Positions 43,764-54,112 of a DNA stretch of 60,381 bases are shown piece by piece (the first letter of the stretch is position 1; each line of letters opens with the position of its first letter). A program made the translations under genes and the position numbers. The notes below the pieces were generated by a model. The model saw nothing but the letters and a program-made list of their open reading frames with translations. It was not told the origin of the DNA and did not search any database. The DNA is from Candidatus Kaiserbacteria bacterium RIFCSPLOWO2_12_FULL_50_10 (GTDB lineage: Bacteria > Patescibacteriota > Minisyncoccia > Phycocordibacterales > UBA918): positions 1 to 60,381 of the forward strand of contig MFMN01000004.1 in the NCBI GenBank assembly GCA_001783515.1, in the 5' to 3' direction.

Positions 43764-46760
43764 ATGAACGTTCTACGAAACATCCTTGCGCTCACACTTA
43801 TGCTTAGTGCGACCCTTGGCACCAGTGCTTTTGCAGCAAATGCGGAAAGTATTGATCCGCGATTCCCGAATGATCACGTCATCGACGTTTCTTCAGACGA
43901 GGCGGTTGCGAATCTCACTCCTGAGGAAATCGCTGCTATCGAGGAAGAGTTTGGTCCGCTCGCACCAGTTGCCGCAAACGCTGGTCCTGCGTGTTTTGAC
44001 TATTACCGCTTTAACTCGGTGCAGGTCATCGCCGGTGCAGAGCAGCAAGACCTTGTGCCGGGCATCCCGCTTGCACTCGTTGGCTCGATTGTCAACGAAA
44101 ATGCGTATCCACTGAGCGATGTGCAGGTGTACGCAAAGGTATTCAAGCTAGATAGCGCACGCACAGAAGCGAACGTGCTCGCAAACGGAAATCCTGTTGT
44201 AGATTTCGTCCAAGTTGCTGACGACGTCACGCTTCCCGCAAACGGCGAGCTTCCCTTTAGCTACAGCTACAAGCTGCCCCATGCAATGGAGGCAGGGAAG
44301 TATCGTATCGCGTTCTTTGTGACCGTTGCCGAGCGCTACAACATGCTCGGACTCACCTTCACCGACGACGTGATTGGTAACGTCACTGATTTTTCTGTCA
44401 CCGCAGCAACGAGCCCGGTACCTGCATTTGATAAGGATTCCGTAACACTTAACGGCACGCCATATAACTTCGCAAGTTTCCCACCAATCTTCGAGAAGGA
44501 CGAGCAGGTTGTGATGACTGCAAAACTCGTGAACCCGCTCGCTGAGGAGGTTTCTGTTACGCTCACGCATAAGCTCTATAGTTGGGATGCTCTTCGCGAG
44601 GAAACTGTCCGCGATAGCGTGACGGAAGTCGTGAAGCTCAAGCCTCGCGAGGTACGAACGGTGTCATACACGGCAACCGCTGCCGACTCGACATCGTACC
44701 TCATGACAACCGCAACCTACAAGGATGCAAAGTCTATCATTGCGCCACGCTTTGGACGCAGTGGTCTTGAGGATATGCGTATCAACTTCCCGGGTATTAC
44801 AAGCTACCCGCTCCAGGCTGGTGTCGAAAATACGCTCTTCTCATGCGTGCATGCAATTGATACAACCGTGAAGGATGCAACCCTTACCCTTACCCTCACA
44901 AGCCCTGAAGGCGCAGTGCTCCACACGTACACCTACTCAGGCGCGGTTACTGGCGCAATGATGGCTGCTGCGGACAAATTTACACCAACAGCAAACTACA
45001 CCGACTTCGACCTCACGGCAACACTTACGAAAAACGGCACTGTTGTCGAATCGGTAACCATTCCGTATCGCTGCGCGGTCCTCGATGCCTCACTCTGTCC
45101 CGAGCCAGAAGCGCCGGCGCCTGTCGTTGAAATTCCTCTCAATACTATGATTATCATCGGACTCATCGTTCTCGCGCTTGTCTTGGGGCTCCTCCTTATC
45201 TGGGGATTGCGCAGGAAAAGCGCACCGACAACACTCATGTGTCTTATCGGTGTCGTCGGTATTGGTGTGCTCTCACTGCACGTAAGTTCAGGTTTGGCGC
45301 TTGAAGTACATACCTCACAGCACGCATTTACCACAAACTACCTTGCGCAGTCATCAACGCATAAGTCGGTGATTACCCAGTCAGCACCAGTTGCCGTCAA
45401 TCGTGTCTTTGGTAATGCGTACCTGGTGAATGTTGTCTCTGCAAATGCTATCTACCGCGCAACGGTGTCCCAGCCAGAAGGTACGGTGATTCAGAATTCT
45501 GCAATTGCCGTTGGACATCCTCGCACGAACGAAGAAACAAGTTGGTATCAAACAGGGTCGCGTGGCGACACGCCGTACGGCTGCTGGTCTGATATGCGCT
45601 GGGGACGTTGGAATTGTACGAACGAGCTCATCTTCTCACAGCCAACCCTGGGGCGACGCCAATTTGGGAACGTATTTAACGTACCGTCGGTAACGGTACA
45701 GGGAACGGGCTCAATAAGTTGTAGCGGCAACAACTGTACGGCAAGCGGCCTTGGTGCAGGAACTATTCGCCTTGACTATGCACAAAACGTTTCGACGGCA
45801 TCGCTCTATCTCCCTAAGAGCGACAGGAAATTCATTGTTGCGTATATCCCACTTCCTGCAAAGACGATTGTCTTTAACTACAATGTCGTTACGCCAAACC
45901 AGCCACCAACAACACCTGTAGTTACCTCGTCACAGTGCGGAGCAAGTATTGTCGAAGGAACGAGTGTAAATCTCTCTATGCGTGCAACCGATCCAAATAA
46001 CGATCAGCTTCGCTATCAGATTGCATGGTTAGGTGGTGGTGTAGTGAATGAAAACGTTCCTGCAAGTGGCTATGTACCAAGCGGCACCGAAGGAAAAGCG
46101 TCACGTGTCTTCGACACAGCAGGTACCTACCCGATTCAAACTCGTGCACAAGACAACCGAGGCGGCGTCTCTGCATGGAGTAACTGTACCGTAACAGTGA
46201 CCGCTGCTCCTGTGGCGCCAACGCCGTCAGCCTCAGTTCCGCCAACAGTAACCCTTACGGCAAGTGTAGATAATGATTCATTTACGGAAGCAAACCGGAC
46301 CATAGATGTTGGCGACGTTGTACGTCTCCAGTGGGATGGAGAGGATGCAGATACTTGTACCTCATCTGATTTCACCACAGGGGGCGCAGTGGACGGCATT
46401 GATCCAAATGTTGTTGAGCCAACGCTCGGCACAAGTAAGGTCTACACCGTTACGTGTACTCGCGGTTCAGAAACAGCCTCCGACACTCTTACCATTACCG
46501 CTCGCGGCAACGCACCAACACTTACCCCGAACGACCTCGTGGTGAAGGCAGGAGGACGCACCGTGATCGCGTACGACCTCAAGGGTAATACAGAGTGTAC
46601 CTTTAGCAGTGCCGACACCGCCTTCAGTGGACTTTCGGTAACTCAAAACGGCACTAAACAAACAGGCGCTCTCAGTAGTGCGACACGATACATCCTCACC
46701 TGTGAAGGTGGCATCGCAACCGCCATCATCAATGTGACAGGAACTATCATCGAACAATAG
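43764..46760 (+). CDS. Large surface protein (998 aa): signal peptide, central TM hairpin, PKD/Ig-like C-terminal domains
   Basis: Signal peptide ...GTSAFA/AN. Two mid-protein TM segments, IIIGLIVLALVLGLLLIWGL-RRK and LMCLIGVVGIGVLSL. Motif DPNNDQLRYQIAW...GTYPIQTRAQDNRGGVSAWSN. Confidence 0.85.
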   Translation: MNVLRNILALTLMLSATLGTSAFAANAESIDPRFPNDHVIDVSSDEAVANLTPEEIAAIEEEFGPLAPVAANAGPACFDYYRFNSVQVIAGAEQQDLVPGIPLALVGSIVNENAYPLSDVQVYAKVFKLDSARTEANVLANGNPVVDFVQVADDVTLPANGELPFSYSYKLPHAMEAGKYRIAFFVTVAERYNMLGLTFTDDVIGNVTDFSVTAATSPVPAFDKDSVTLNGTPYNFASFPPIFEKDEQVVMTAKLVNPLAEEVSVTLTHKLYSWDALREETVRDSVTEVVKLKPREVRTVSYTATAADSTSYLMTTATYKDAKSIIAPRFGRSGLEDMRINFPGITSYPLQAGVENTLFSCVHAIDTTVKDATLTLTLTSPEGAVLHTYTYSGAVTGAMMAAADKFTPTANYTDFDLTATLTKNGTVVESVTIPYRCAVLDASLCPEPEAPAPVVEIPLNTMIIIGLIVLALVLGLLLIWGLRRKSAPTTLMCLIGVVGIGVLSLHVSSGLALEVHTSQHAFTTNYLAQSSTHKSVITQSAPVAVNRVFGNAYLVNVVSANAIYRATVSQPEGTVIQNSAIAVGHPRTNEETSWYQTGSRGDTPYGCWSDMRWGRWNCTNELIFSQPTLGRRQFGNVFNVPSVTVQGTGSISCSGNNCTASGLGAGTIRLDYAQNVSTASLYLPKSDRKFIVAYIPLPAKTIVFNYNVVTPNQPPTTPVVTSSQCGASIVEGTSVNLSMRATDPNNDQLRYQIAWLGGGVVNENVPASGYVPSGTEGKASRVFDTAGTYPIQTRAQDNRGGVSAWSNCTVTVTAAPVAPTPSASVPPTVTLTASVDNDSFTEANRTIDVGDVVRLQWDGEDADTCTSSDFTTGGAVDGIDPNVVEPTLGTSKVYTVTCTRGSETASDTLTITARGNAPTLTPNDLVVKAGGRTVIAYDLKGNTECTFSSADTAFSGLSVTQNGTKQTGALSSATRYILTCEGGIATAIINVTGTIIEQ

Positions 46761-46765
46761 TCGTC

Positions 46766-46791
46766 AAAAACCCCATATTTGCGGGGTTTTT
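46766..46791 (+). terminator. Intrinsic terminator
   Basis: aaaaacccc-atatttgc-ggggttttt. Confidence 0.75.
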
Positions 46792-46852
46792 GCGTGTCGA
46801 CGCGCCCACGTTCCGTACTGGCGTCAAGTGGCACGGCGCACTTATTTCATGG

Positions 46853-46858
46853 TATACT
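46853..46858 (+). promoter_or_regulatory. Extended -10 (TGgTATACT), 6 nt before ATG 46865 (leaderless)
   Basis: caTGgTATACTtttgccATG. Confidence 0.55.
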
Positions 46859-46864
46859 TTTGCC

Positions 46865-47473
46865 ATGATAATTACGTACCACGGCGGTGAGTGTTTGAAG
46901 TTTTCACAAGGCGACACAACGCTTGTGCTGAACCCTCACGACAAAAAGTCATCATTTGGCGGCGTGCGATTTGGCGCAAATGTTGTGGCGGTCTCGCTGC
47001 ACCATCCAGATTTTAATGCGACGGAGAGTATTACCGGAAATCCATTCGTTATCGACACTCCGGGTGAATACGAAGTCGGCGAGGTTGGCGTTCGTGGCTA
47101 CGGTATCCTCGTAAATTACGACGGCGAGCCCCGCTACAACACCATCTACCAAATCCACTTCGAAGGCATCAATATCGTGCATCTTGGCGCACTCCAAGAT
47201 GTCGACATTGACCCAAAGATTCTCGGCGAATTCGGCGATATCGACATCCTTATTCTCCCTATTGGTGGCGGTGATGTCCTGCAAGTCCCTGCAGCGGCAA
47301 AGCTTGCAACGAAGCTCGAGGCACACGCGGTGATTCCTGTCCACTACGACAAAGCAGCACTTACTGCGTTCCTCAAAGAGCTCGATAGCGCCGCACAGCC
47401 GCTTGAAAAGTTCACCATTAAGAAAAAAGATCTTGAGGCACTGCAAGGGGAAGTCGTTGTACTCAGTGCCTAA
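46865..47473 (+). CDS. MBL-fold-like metal-dependent hydrolase (UPF0173-like), degenerate metal motif
   Basis: 202 aa. MIITYHGGECLKF...LNPHD...SLHHPDF...LILPIGG...IPVHY; family assignment is tentative. Confidence 0.5.
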   Translation: MIITYHGGECLKFSQGDTTLVLNPHDKKSSFGGVRFGANVVAVSLHHPDFNATESITGNPFVIDTPGEYEVGEVGVRGYGILVNYDGEPRYNTIYQIHFEGINIVHLGALQDVDIDPKILGEFGDIDILILPIGGGDVLQVPAAAKLATKLEAHAVIPVHYDKAALTAFLKELDSAAQPLEKFTIKKKDLEALQGEVVVLSA

Positions 47474-47475
47474 TG

Positions 47476-47544
47476 CCTGGATCCCCGGATATTTGAAAAC
47501 AATATTCGCTCGCGCTCATTTGTTTTCTAAATTCCGAGGATGAC
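47476..47544 (+). mobile_element. Family C short MITE-like element
   Basis: cctggatccccggatatttgaaaacaatattc...tcatttgttttctaaattccgaggatgac; starts 3 nt after the stop. Confidence 0.8.
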
Positions 47545-47556
47545 ACACTACGTTAC

Positions 47557-47952
47557 ATGTTTAAAAGTCTTCAAAAAAAACCATTGCACACTCGCGCCCA
47601 TGTAGCGTTCATGGTGGCATTTCTTGTGGTGACGGTCGTCGCGGCGCTCTGGGTTATGACGCTGCCGACAAAGTTTGCAAACATACGCGAAGCAAACGAG
47701 CAGGTTGCCGCCGTGCGAGACGCCGCGCAAGACGCAGAAGACAAGCGCACCGAGCAAGAAGCAGCAGCAATCCTCAGCGGATTCGTAGCCTCCTCAACAG
47801 AAGTCTATAAAGACCTCGGCGCACAGCTCGAAGACCTCGGAGGAAAAACTTCCGAGAGCGGAGAAGAGACGGCAACCTCCTCAGAAGCATTGTCGCAAGA
47901 AGTGGCAACAACATCAGCATCAAGCACTATCATTATCAGAGAATTACCTTAA
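47557..47952 (+). CDS. Membrane-anchored acidic protein, unknown function
   Basis: 131 aa with one TM (VAFMVAFLVVTVVAALWVM). Its stop lies 3 nt before the gyrA ATG. Confidence 0.6.
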   Translation: MFKSLQKKPLHTRAHVAFMVAFLVVTVVAALWVMTLPTKFANIREANEQVAAVRDAAQDAEDKRTEQEAAAILSGFVASSTEVYKDLGAQLEDLGGKTSESGEETATSSEALSQEVATTSASSTIIIRELP

Positions 47953-47955
47953 GTT

Positions 47956-50427
47956 ATGGCAAAGAAAACAGTAGCACCGGAAGTCCCGGTAGCAGTACGT
48001 GGCGTCCAGCCGCACAACATCACCGACGAAATGCGCAAGTCGTACATCGACTACGCTATGACGGTTATTACCGGGCGCGCACTTCCTGATGCGCGCGATG
48101 GCCTTAAGCCCGTGCATCGTCGCATTCTCTACGCAATGCGCCTCAACGGACTCACTGCGTCAGCTCGTTTCCGCAAGTCGGCAACGGTGGTTGGTGATGT
48201 GCTTGGCTCATTCCACCCGCACGGCGACGCGTCGGTGTATGATGCAATGGTCAAAATGGCGCAGGATTTCTCTATGCGCTATCCGCTTGTGCTCGGGCAG
48301 GGAAACTTCGGTTCAATCGACGGCGACAACGCTGCGGCGTATCGTTATACCGAAGCAAAAATGGCAAAACTCGCCGAAGAAATGCTTCGCGACCTTGAAA
48401 AGGATACGGTAGACTGGAATCCAAACTTCGACGGCACCAAAAAAGAGCCATCAGTACTTCCCGCTGCCGTGCCAAATCTTCTCCTCAACGGCGTGCTTGG
48501 TATTGCCGTAGGTATGGCGACAAACATTCCGCCACACAACCTCAAGGAGCTTGTCGATGCAACGACGCATCTTATCGAAAACCCAGACGCGACCGTGCAT
48601 GACCTCTTGCAGTTCGTGAAAGGCCCTGACTTCCCGCTCGGCGCAATTGCGTTTAACCAGAAAGATATTGCCCACGCCTATACCAATGGACGCGGCGGCG
48701 TCACGGTGCGTGGCCAAGCAGAGATTGTCGAAGATAAGCGAGGGAACTATGCAATTATCATTACCTCGATTCCGTACCGTGTGATTAAGGCAACGATGAT
48801 TGAACGCATCGCTGACCTTGTGCGCGACAAAAAAATCGAAGGCATTCGCGACCTCCGTGACGAATCGACAACCGACATCCGTGTCGTTATCGAACTCAAG
48901 CAAGGCGCAAATCCGCAAACGGTTCTCAACAAGCTCTACAAGCTCACCCAGCTCGAAGAAGCCTTCCACTACAACATGGTTGCGCTTGTTGATGGCGTGC
49001 CGCAGACACTTTCGCTCAAGGGGCTTCTTGAAGAATTCGTGAAGCATCGCGAGGTTATTGTGAAGCGCCGTACCGCGTACGACCTCGCGAAGGCACAAGA
49101 CCGCGAACATATCTTGCTCGGACTCAAGCTCGCCCTCGACCATATCGACGAAATCATTAAAACCATTCGCGCAGCGAAAGACGTGCCAACAGCGCACGCA
49201 GCCCTCATGAAGCAGTTCAAGTTTTCACCCGTGCAGGCACAGGCGATTCTCGATATGCGTCTGCAGAAGCTTGCCGGTCTTGAGCGCAAGAAGGTTGAAG
49301 ACGAACTCAGGGAAGTGCAGAAGCTCATTAAGGAGCTCACCGCAATTCTTAAGAGTCGCACAAAGATGCTTGCTATTATTAAGGAAGAGCTCGTTGCCAT
49401 CGGCGATAAGTTCGGCGATGAACGTCGCACTAAAATCGTAAAGGGCGGTGTAAAGGAAATCTCCGAAGAAGACCTTGTGCCCGACGAAGAAAGCGTTCTT
49501 GTGCTCACCCAAGGTGGCTACGTGAAGCGCACGAATCCGTCGGAGTATCGTACCCAAAAGCGTGGCGGCGTGGGCGTTATCGACCTTTCAACGAAGGAAG
49601 AAGATGCGGTTATTAAGCTCCTCACCTCGTCAGCGCACAGCGACATTCTCTTCTTTACCTCAGCAGGTAAGGTGTATCGCACCAAGATGTATGAGATTCC
49701 TGAAGGAAAGCGTGCGACGAAGGGCAAGGCAATGGCGAACTTCATCCCTATCAGTGGCGATGAACGTGTCACCTCAATTCTCGCGGTACGTAAGGACGAC
49801 TGGAATGGCGATTGGTCACTTATGATGACGACGCGTAACGGCGTTGTGAAAAAGTCAGATGCAGGAGAGTTCAAGGACGTTCGCCGCTCAGGACTTATCG
49901 CCATGGGGCTTAAGGGAGATGACGAACTTATTTCTGCACAATTCGTGGGCAAGGGCGATACCATCTCGCTCATTACCGCAGGTGCGCAATCAATCCGTTT
50001 TGCAGAAAGCGATGTGCGCGAAATGGGTCGTGCGGCCGGTGGGGTGACCGGTATGAAAATCGCAAAGGGCGACCATATCGTATCGGCCGAAGTTATCCGT
50101 GCCGACGCTGAAAAGAATTCGTCAATCCTTATCGTCATGGAAAAGGGCTTTGGAAAAATGACCGAAGTTTCTGAATACAAAGTACAAGGACGCGCCGGCA
50201 GCGGTATCCGCACCGCAAAGGTTACCGAAAAAACAGGTAAGATTATCGGTGCCCAAATCATAACAGAAGCCGACAAGGATGGCGGCGAGCTCATTGTCAT
50301 GTCGAAGAAAGGGCAGGTCATTAAAACGCCACTTAAGTCAATTTCGACACTTTCTCGAGATACGCAAGGAGTTACTATTATGAAGATGCATGCAGGTGAC
50401 TCCATCGCCTCAATTGTCTCCTTTTAA
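47956..50427 (+). CDS. gyrA: DNA gyrase subunit A
   Basis: 823 aa with [19 protein letters not shown], the active-site region AAYRYTE (QRDR-like segment) and a C-terminal beta-pinwheel. Confidence 0.95.
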   Translation: MAKKTVAPEVPVAVRGVQPHNITDEMRKSYIDYAMTVITGRALPDARDGLKPVHRRILYAMRLNGLTASARFRKSATVVGDVLGSFHPHGDASVYDAMVKMAQDFSMRYPLVLGQGNFGSIDGDNAAAYRYTEAKMAKLAEEMLRDLEKDTVDWNPNFDGTKKEPSVLPAAVPNLLLNGVLGIAVGMATNIPPHNLKELVDATTHLIENPDATVHDLLQFVKGPDFPLGAIAFNQKDIAHAYTNGRGGVTVRGQAEIVEDKRGNYAIIITSIPYRVIKATMIERIADLVRDKKIEGIRDLRDESTTDIRVVIELKQGANPQTVLNKLYKLTQLEEAFHYNMVALVDGVPQTLSLKGLLEEFVKHREVIVKRRTAYDLAKAQDREHILLGLKLALDHIDEIIKTIRAAKDVPTAHAALMKQFKFSPVQAQAILDMRLQKLAGLERKKVEDELREVQKLIKELTAILKSRTKMLAIIKEELVAIGDKFGDERRTKIVKGGVKEISEEDLVPDEESVLVLTQGGYVKRTNPSEYRTQKRGGVGVIDLSTKEEDAVIKLLTSSAHSDILFFTSAGKVYRTKMYEIPEGKRATKGKAMANFIPISGDERVTSILAVRKDDWNGDWSLMMTTRNGVVKKSDAGEFKDVRRSGLIAMGLKGDDELISAQFVGKGDTISLITAGAQSIRFAESDVREMGRAAGGVTGMKIAKGDHIVSAEVIRADAEKNSSILIVMEKGFGKMTEVSEYKVQGRAGSGIRTAKVTEKTGKIIGAQIITEADKDGGELIVMSKKGQVIKTPLKSISTLSRDTQGVTIMKMHAGDSIASIVSF

Positions 50428-50555
50428 CTGATTCACTCAAAATGGGCGAATTTGCATTAGTTTCAGAAGTTTTTAACACTCACCGTATGTTAAATACGGC
50501 TCGGTCAAAAACTTCTTCCAACTAACGCAACTTCATCCCATTTAGAGCGAATCAG
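50428..50555 (+). repeat. Family A long-hairpin repeat, copy A4 (after gyrA stop)
   Basis: ctgattcactcaaaatgggcgaatttgcattagtt...ccgtatgttaaatacgg...aactaacgcaacttcatcccatttagagcgaatcag; starts 1 nt after the stop. Confidence 0.85.
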
Positions 50556-50585
50556 GTTGCTTACGATTACATGACCAAAAAACAG

Positions 50586-50622
50586 CAGGCGCAACTGCAC
50601 TCAATTTAGAACGAATCCGATC
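50586..50622 (+). repeat. Solo 3' arm of family A
   Basis: caggcgcaactgcactcaatttagaacgaatccgatcg resembles the A 3' arm. Confidence 0.55.
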
Positions 50623-50686
50623 GTCTTAAGACTGCGTGAACAAAGAACAGCTAGAAAGGCTGTTTTTTGATTTCTGGAAAACAGGG

Positions 50687-50692
50687 TATACT
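50687..50692 (+). promoter_or_regulatory. -10 box TATACT, 6 nt before ATG 50699 (leaderless)
   Basis: gggTATACTgtgcgtATG. Confidence 0.5.
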
Positions 50693-50698
50693 GTGCGT

Positions 50699-53176
50699 AT
50701 GAATTTGAATGGAGGTTTAGGCGCGCGGCGGATCAGCTCGTTCGCAGAGTTACGCGTAAAGGCGCAGGAGCAGCAGGATGCGCTCAAAAGCGTAGCGCCA
50801 GTTATTTCGTCACCGCTTATGCGCGCGCCGACACTTACCGAAACGGTGTCGCCGCAGGGTGAGCCTGCACAAAGCACAGCAGAAGCGCCGCGTATTATGT
50901 CGCCGCTACGGAGCGAGGCTGTTTCTGCGGAGCCTGTTATGGCAGCCGAAACAACAACAGAAGACGTTGTCGTTCCTGCTTCAGAAAGTGAGCCAGTTGT
51001 TGCAGAAGAGGCACCTGTTGCAGCGCCGGAAGTTGCACCCGATATATCAGTGACACCAGTAGAAGTTCCAGAAGCGGCGGAGGTAGTGGATGCAGAAAAA
51101 GAGGTGGAAACGGAAACTGAAGGAGTAACATTCGAAACCCTTGTCGCAAGCGCCTATCAGGTAGACGCACCAGAGTTTTCTCGTGCGGCAGAGCAGCTTG
51201 CACTGAGTCTTACGGGGCGGCTTGATCGCCATGCGTACTACCTCGATAGGCTTCGCATAGCCGCAGAAGGGAATGCGCGTCGTCAGCGTGAAGTAGAAAT
51301 GTTCCAAGCTCGCGCAGAGCTCCAAACCTCGCTCGGCGATAGTGTACGAAGTTTCTTATACATGCTCGCGGGAAGTACTGGCGAAGCGCTCCCTAAGCCA
51401 GAAGTACTTGCCACGCAGCGTAAAATCGCAACCGAGCTTGCGGGCTATCTAGAAAAAGACAGCGAACGCATCGCTGCACGGCTTAGTGAATGGGAGTCGT
51501 CAGAACCAGTAAAAAAAGGAGAGCTCATTGCTCCAAAGGAAGTGGCAGAGGTGCCGCCGGTCGCCGAAGCGACTCCCGAAGAACTTCCGAAAGGTCCTGA
51601 AGATGTCGCCTACGAAAGTCTTACGGGGGATTGGAAGACAATACGCGAAACGTATGAAGAAGGGGAGCGCTCATACCACGAAGCGCTTCGCGCCGAGCTT
51701 GCTGCACAGGCAAAAAGCTGGAACCCGCTCAAATCAATTCCGTATGCCGCACGAAAGATGTTTGGTTTCAACCAGAAACTTTCTGGAGAACTCGAGAAAC
51801 GAAAAACAGAATCGACCGCAAACGCAATACTCTATCGTGACGCCTCAAACGCGCTTGCTGTAGCAAAGCGAGATGCGCTCATGCATAAATTTGAAGGCGT
51901 AGCTGCTCCCGAGGAAAAAATGCAGACACTTCTCCAGCGTCACGAACGCATGCTTGGGCGGAAGCTCGTGCTTTCGCGTGCGAAGGAGCAACTTGCCGCA
52001 ATGCAAGAAGCGCCATCGCTCGCCGAGCATCCACGTATGCAGAAAGCTCTTGAGGTTCTGCAGAACAATAAGTGGAAGGTTATGGCAGGCAGCGTTGGCA
52101 TCGCTGCGCTTACCGGGGGACTTCTTCCGGTGCTTGCTGCTCTAGGCACAGGCGTTGCCGTGCGTGCCGGACTTGGCGAAAAAATAAAGTCGCTTCTTGA
52201 GCGGAGCAAAAACCGTGCGAGCGCAGAGAACGTTACTGCGCAGTGGCGGGAGCGACTTGGTTACCTCTCGTATGACGAGCTTCTTGCAACAGCAGAGCGT
52301 GCGCTCGAAAAAGTGGCAATGGCAGAAAAGCATGCAAGCTACACCAATCTTGCAGCATTCGGTGCCGCAGCAGTAGCGGGAGGTGCATTTGCTGGTGCGG
52401 GGCCAAACCTTGCAGACTATGCGGAGCATATGCCGCTTGAGAACTCCGTGCAAGCTGTTGTGGCTCCTGAGGCGCCTGTCACACTTCCTACTCCCGAAGT
52501 AAGTGCTCCTGCAGAGATTGTGCTCGCGCCAGAAGCTGTCGCTACTCCGGAGTACGTACCTACTGCTCCAGTAGAAGTAGCAGAAGTGCCGCCAGTAGAA
52601 GTCGCCCCCGCAGTGGCGCCGCTTCCTGAACCTGTACACATGGAGGCGCAAGAGGTACCTAGTGCTTCTTCCGAGATTGAGGTCGCACCAGCCCCTGTTC
52701 CTGAGAGTGTGGTGACTACAGAGTACGGTGTGCCAGTACAGGCTGAGGGTGGCTACCTCACGACTGCAGGTGCAGGAGAAGAAGTTGCAAACAGCGTACC
52801 GGTCGCCGAAGCGATGCCGGTTGCGCCGCAGCCTGCTCTTGAAGGAACACCACTTTCTCCAGCAGTTGCGGAGACCATCAAGAACATCGAAACCTTCAAT
52901 GTGGAAAAGCCAGGCTTCCTCGGTATGTTTAGTTCGAATGAGCTGCAGACAACGGGTGGTGAAGTGTATGCCACTATGAAGGACCTTACCCTCGACGATA
53001 TTGCAAAAATTTATCAAGATCCTGTCACTCGGGCTGAAGTATTTCCGAATGGGGTGAGTCCAGAATCCCTTGAACGATGGGTGACGTGGATTCAAGAACA
53101 TAACACACAGGAAACGCCTGCGTATGTGAATCTCAAACTCGAAGACTTTGTAACCACAGTGCACCGAGCACACTAA
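50699..53176 (+). CDS. Large P/E/V/A-rich low-complexity protein with central TM segments, unknown function
   Basis: 825 aa from ATG 50699 with PEVAP/VEVPE-type low-complexity blocks at both ends and hydrophobic segments GSVGIAALTGGLLPVLAALGTGVAV and LAAFGAAAVAGGAFAGAG. Confidence 0.75.
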   Translation: MNLNGGLGARRISSFAELRVKAQEQQDALKSVAPVISSPLMRAPTLTETVSPQGEPAQSTAEAPRIMSPLRSEAVSAEPVMAAETTTEDVVVPASESEPVVAEEAPVAAPEVAPDISVTPVEVPEAAEVVDAEKEVETETEGVTFETLVASAYQVDAPEFSRAAEQLALSLTGRLDRHAYYLDRLRIAAEGNARRQREVEMFQARAELQTSLGDSVRSFLYMLAGSTGEALPKPEVLATQRKIATELAGYLEKDSERIAARLSEWESSEPVKKGELIAPKEVAEVPPVAEATPEELPKGPEDVAYESLTGDWKTIRETYEEGERSYHEALRAELAAQAKSWNPLKSIPYAARKMFGFNQKLSGELEKRKTESTANAILYRDASNALAVAKRDALMHKFEGVAAPEEKMQTLLQRHERMLGRKLVLSRAKEQLAAMQEAPSLAEHPRMQKALEVLQNNKWKVMAGSVGIAALTGGLLPVLAALGTGVAVRAGLGEKIKSLLERSKNRASAENVTAQWRERLGYLSYDELLATAERALEKVAMAEKHASYTNLAAFGAAAVAGGAFAGAGPNLADYAEHMPLENSVQAVVAPEAPVTLPTPEVSAPAEIVLAPEAVATPEYVPTAPVEVAEVPPVEVAPAVAPLPEPVHMEAQEVPSASSEIEVAPAPVPESVVTTEYGVPVQAEGGYLTTAGAGEEVANSVPVAEAMPVAPQPALEGTPLSPAVAETIKNIETFNVEKPGFLGMFSSNELQTTGGEVYATMKDLTLDDIAKIYQDPVTRAEVFPNGVSPESLERWVTWIQEHNTQETPAYVNLKLEDFVTTVHRAH

Positions 53177-53188
53177 TCTATTCATCCT

Positions 53189-53470
53189 ATGCAAGACGAT
53201 ACAACAAACCCGATCACTGACCTTGTCGATGACTCTGACGAAGAGCTCGATTTCGCGCAGGAAGCAGGCATGGTTATCCTCGAGAGCGCCATCACCCGCT
53301 TCGTACTCGAAGCGGACGACGAAGAAGTACAGGCGCTTGAGACAATTCTCAGTGCCCACGACATCGCTACCGATGCACTCCCGAAGCTCGTCGAGAATAT
53401 TCCACGCTTTGCCGATATTCTCAGCGAAGAAATGGAAGGCTTTCAAAAACAGGCTGACGAAATCGTATAA
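53189..53470 (+). CDS. Small acidic protein, unknown function
   Basis: 93 aa, D/E-rich, starting 12 nt after the previous stop and followed by a strong terminator. Confidence 0.55.
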   Translation: MQDDTTNPITDLVDDSDEELDFAQEAGMVILESAITRFVLEADDEEVQALETILSAHDIATDALPKLVENIPRFADILSEEMEGFQKQADEIV

Positions 53471-53486
53471 CCTTGAAGACAAAAAG

Positions 53487-53509
53487 AAAATGCCCCGAGG
53501 GGCATTTTT
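53487..53509. terminator. Bidirectional intrinsic terminator
   Basis: aaaatgcccc-ga-ggggcattttt. Confidence 0.8.
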
Positions 53510-53544
53510 GAATGGGTGCAGGCCGAGGACCTGCGCGACGGTGG

Positions 53545-54069
53545 TCAGTTCAGAGCTTCCCAGAGTCGTTTGAGAAGCGTGAGACTCCCCTTGAGGAACA
53601 CCTTGCCGTACGAGAAGATCTCGTGCGGGAAGATGTCGCGCCATGGACGGCCAGATTTCCAGACATACACAATTTTGGTGTTTTCAACACCGTTAAAAAT
53701 GCATGTCAGTTTCATTCTCCACACCTGGGTCGGGTCGCTGACCAAGTAATGGTGAACGATCCCGTAGCCTTGCTCCCTGGCGAATTTCTCCGCCTCGGCA
53801 ACCGATCGTAACGTGTCGTCCCAGGTACCCCAGGTTTCGTTGAGATGCCTCGCGGTGGAGGAACCTTTCGAGTAGAAGTTGTCGTACCAGTAGGTTGCAC
53901 AAACTGCACCGAGTCCTTTTGCTTGAGGAAAGCAAAGGAATACCGACGGCAGCTTTTGATTGGCCGCGTAGTAGTAGGCCTCAAACATTCGCGCCTCTGT
54001 CACGTGGCACCCAGGAGGGTATCCACATGACGGTACGATAAAGTTGTGAAGAACTTTTTGATTGCGCAC
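53545..54069 (-). CDS. Hypothetical protein (own promoter, SD and terminator; next to tRNA-Lys)
   Basis: 174 aa from GTG 54069 with SD aggagg 5 nt upstream; W/Y/C-rich, no motif I recognise. Confidence 0.65.
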   Translation of the reverse strand: MRNQKVLHNFIVPSCGYPPGCHVTEARMFEAYYYAANQKLPSVFLCFPQAKGLGAVCATYWYDNFYSKGSSTARHLNETWGTWDDTLRSVAEAEKFAREQGYGIVHHYLVSDPTQVWRMKLTCIFNGVENTKIVYVWKSGRPWRDIFPHEIFSYGKVFLKGSLTLLKRLWEALN

Positions 54070-54112
54070 GGCAACCTCCTATAAAAAGTGAAAGGGGAAC
54101 GAGTCGCGTAAA

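Noticed and set aside
32287-46760. Diversity-generating retroelement acting on the surface-protein genes
   Set aside because: No ORF in the window has reverse-transcriptase motifs (YxDD). I also found no template/variable repeat pair matching the C-termini of the FISUMP, giant or 998-aa proteins.
48451-50405. Minus-strand ORFs of 179-295 aa inside gyrA
   Set aside because: They are antisense shadows of a clearly conserved gyrA.
52142-53644. 500-aa minus-strand ORF
   Set aside because: It spans two plus-strand genes, their intergenic spacer and a bidirectional terminator. It is C/R/H/F-rich and lies antisense to an Ala/Glu/Pro-rich gene, so it is most likely an artefact of composition.
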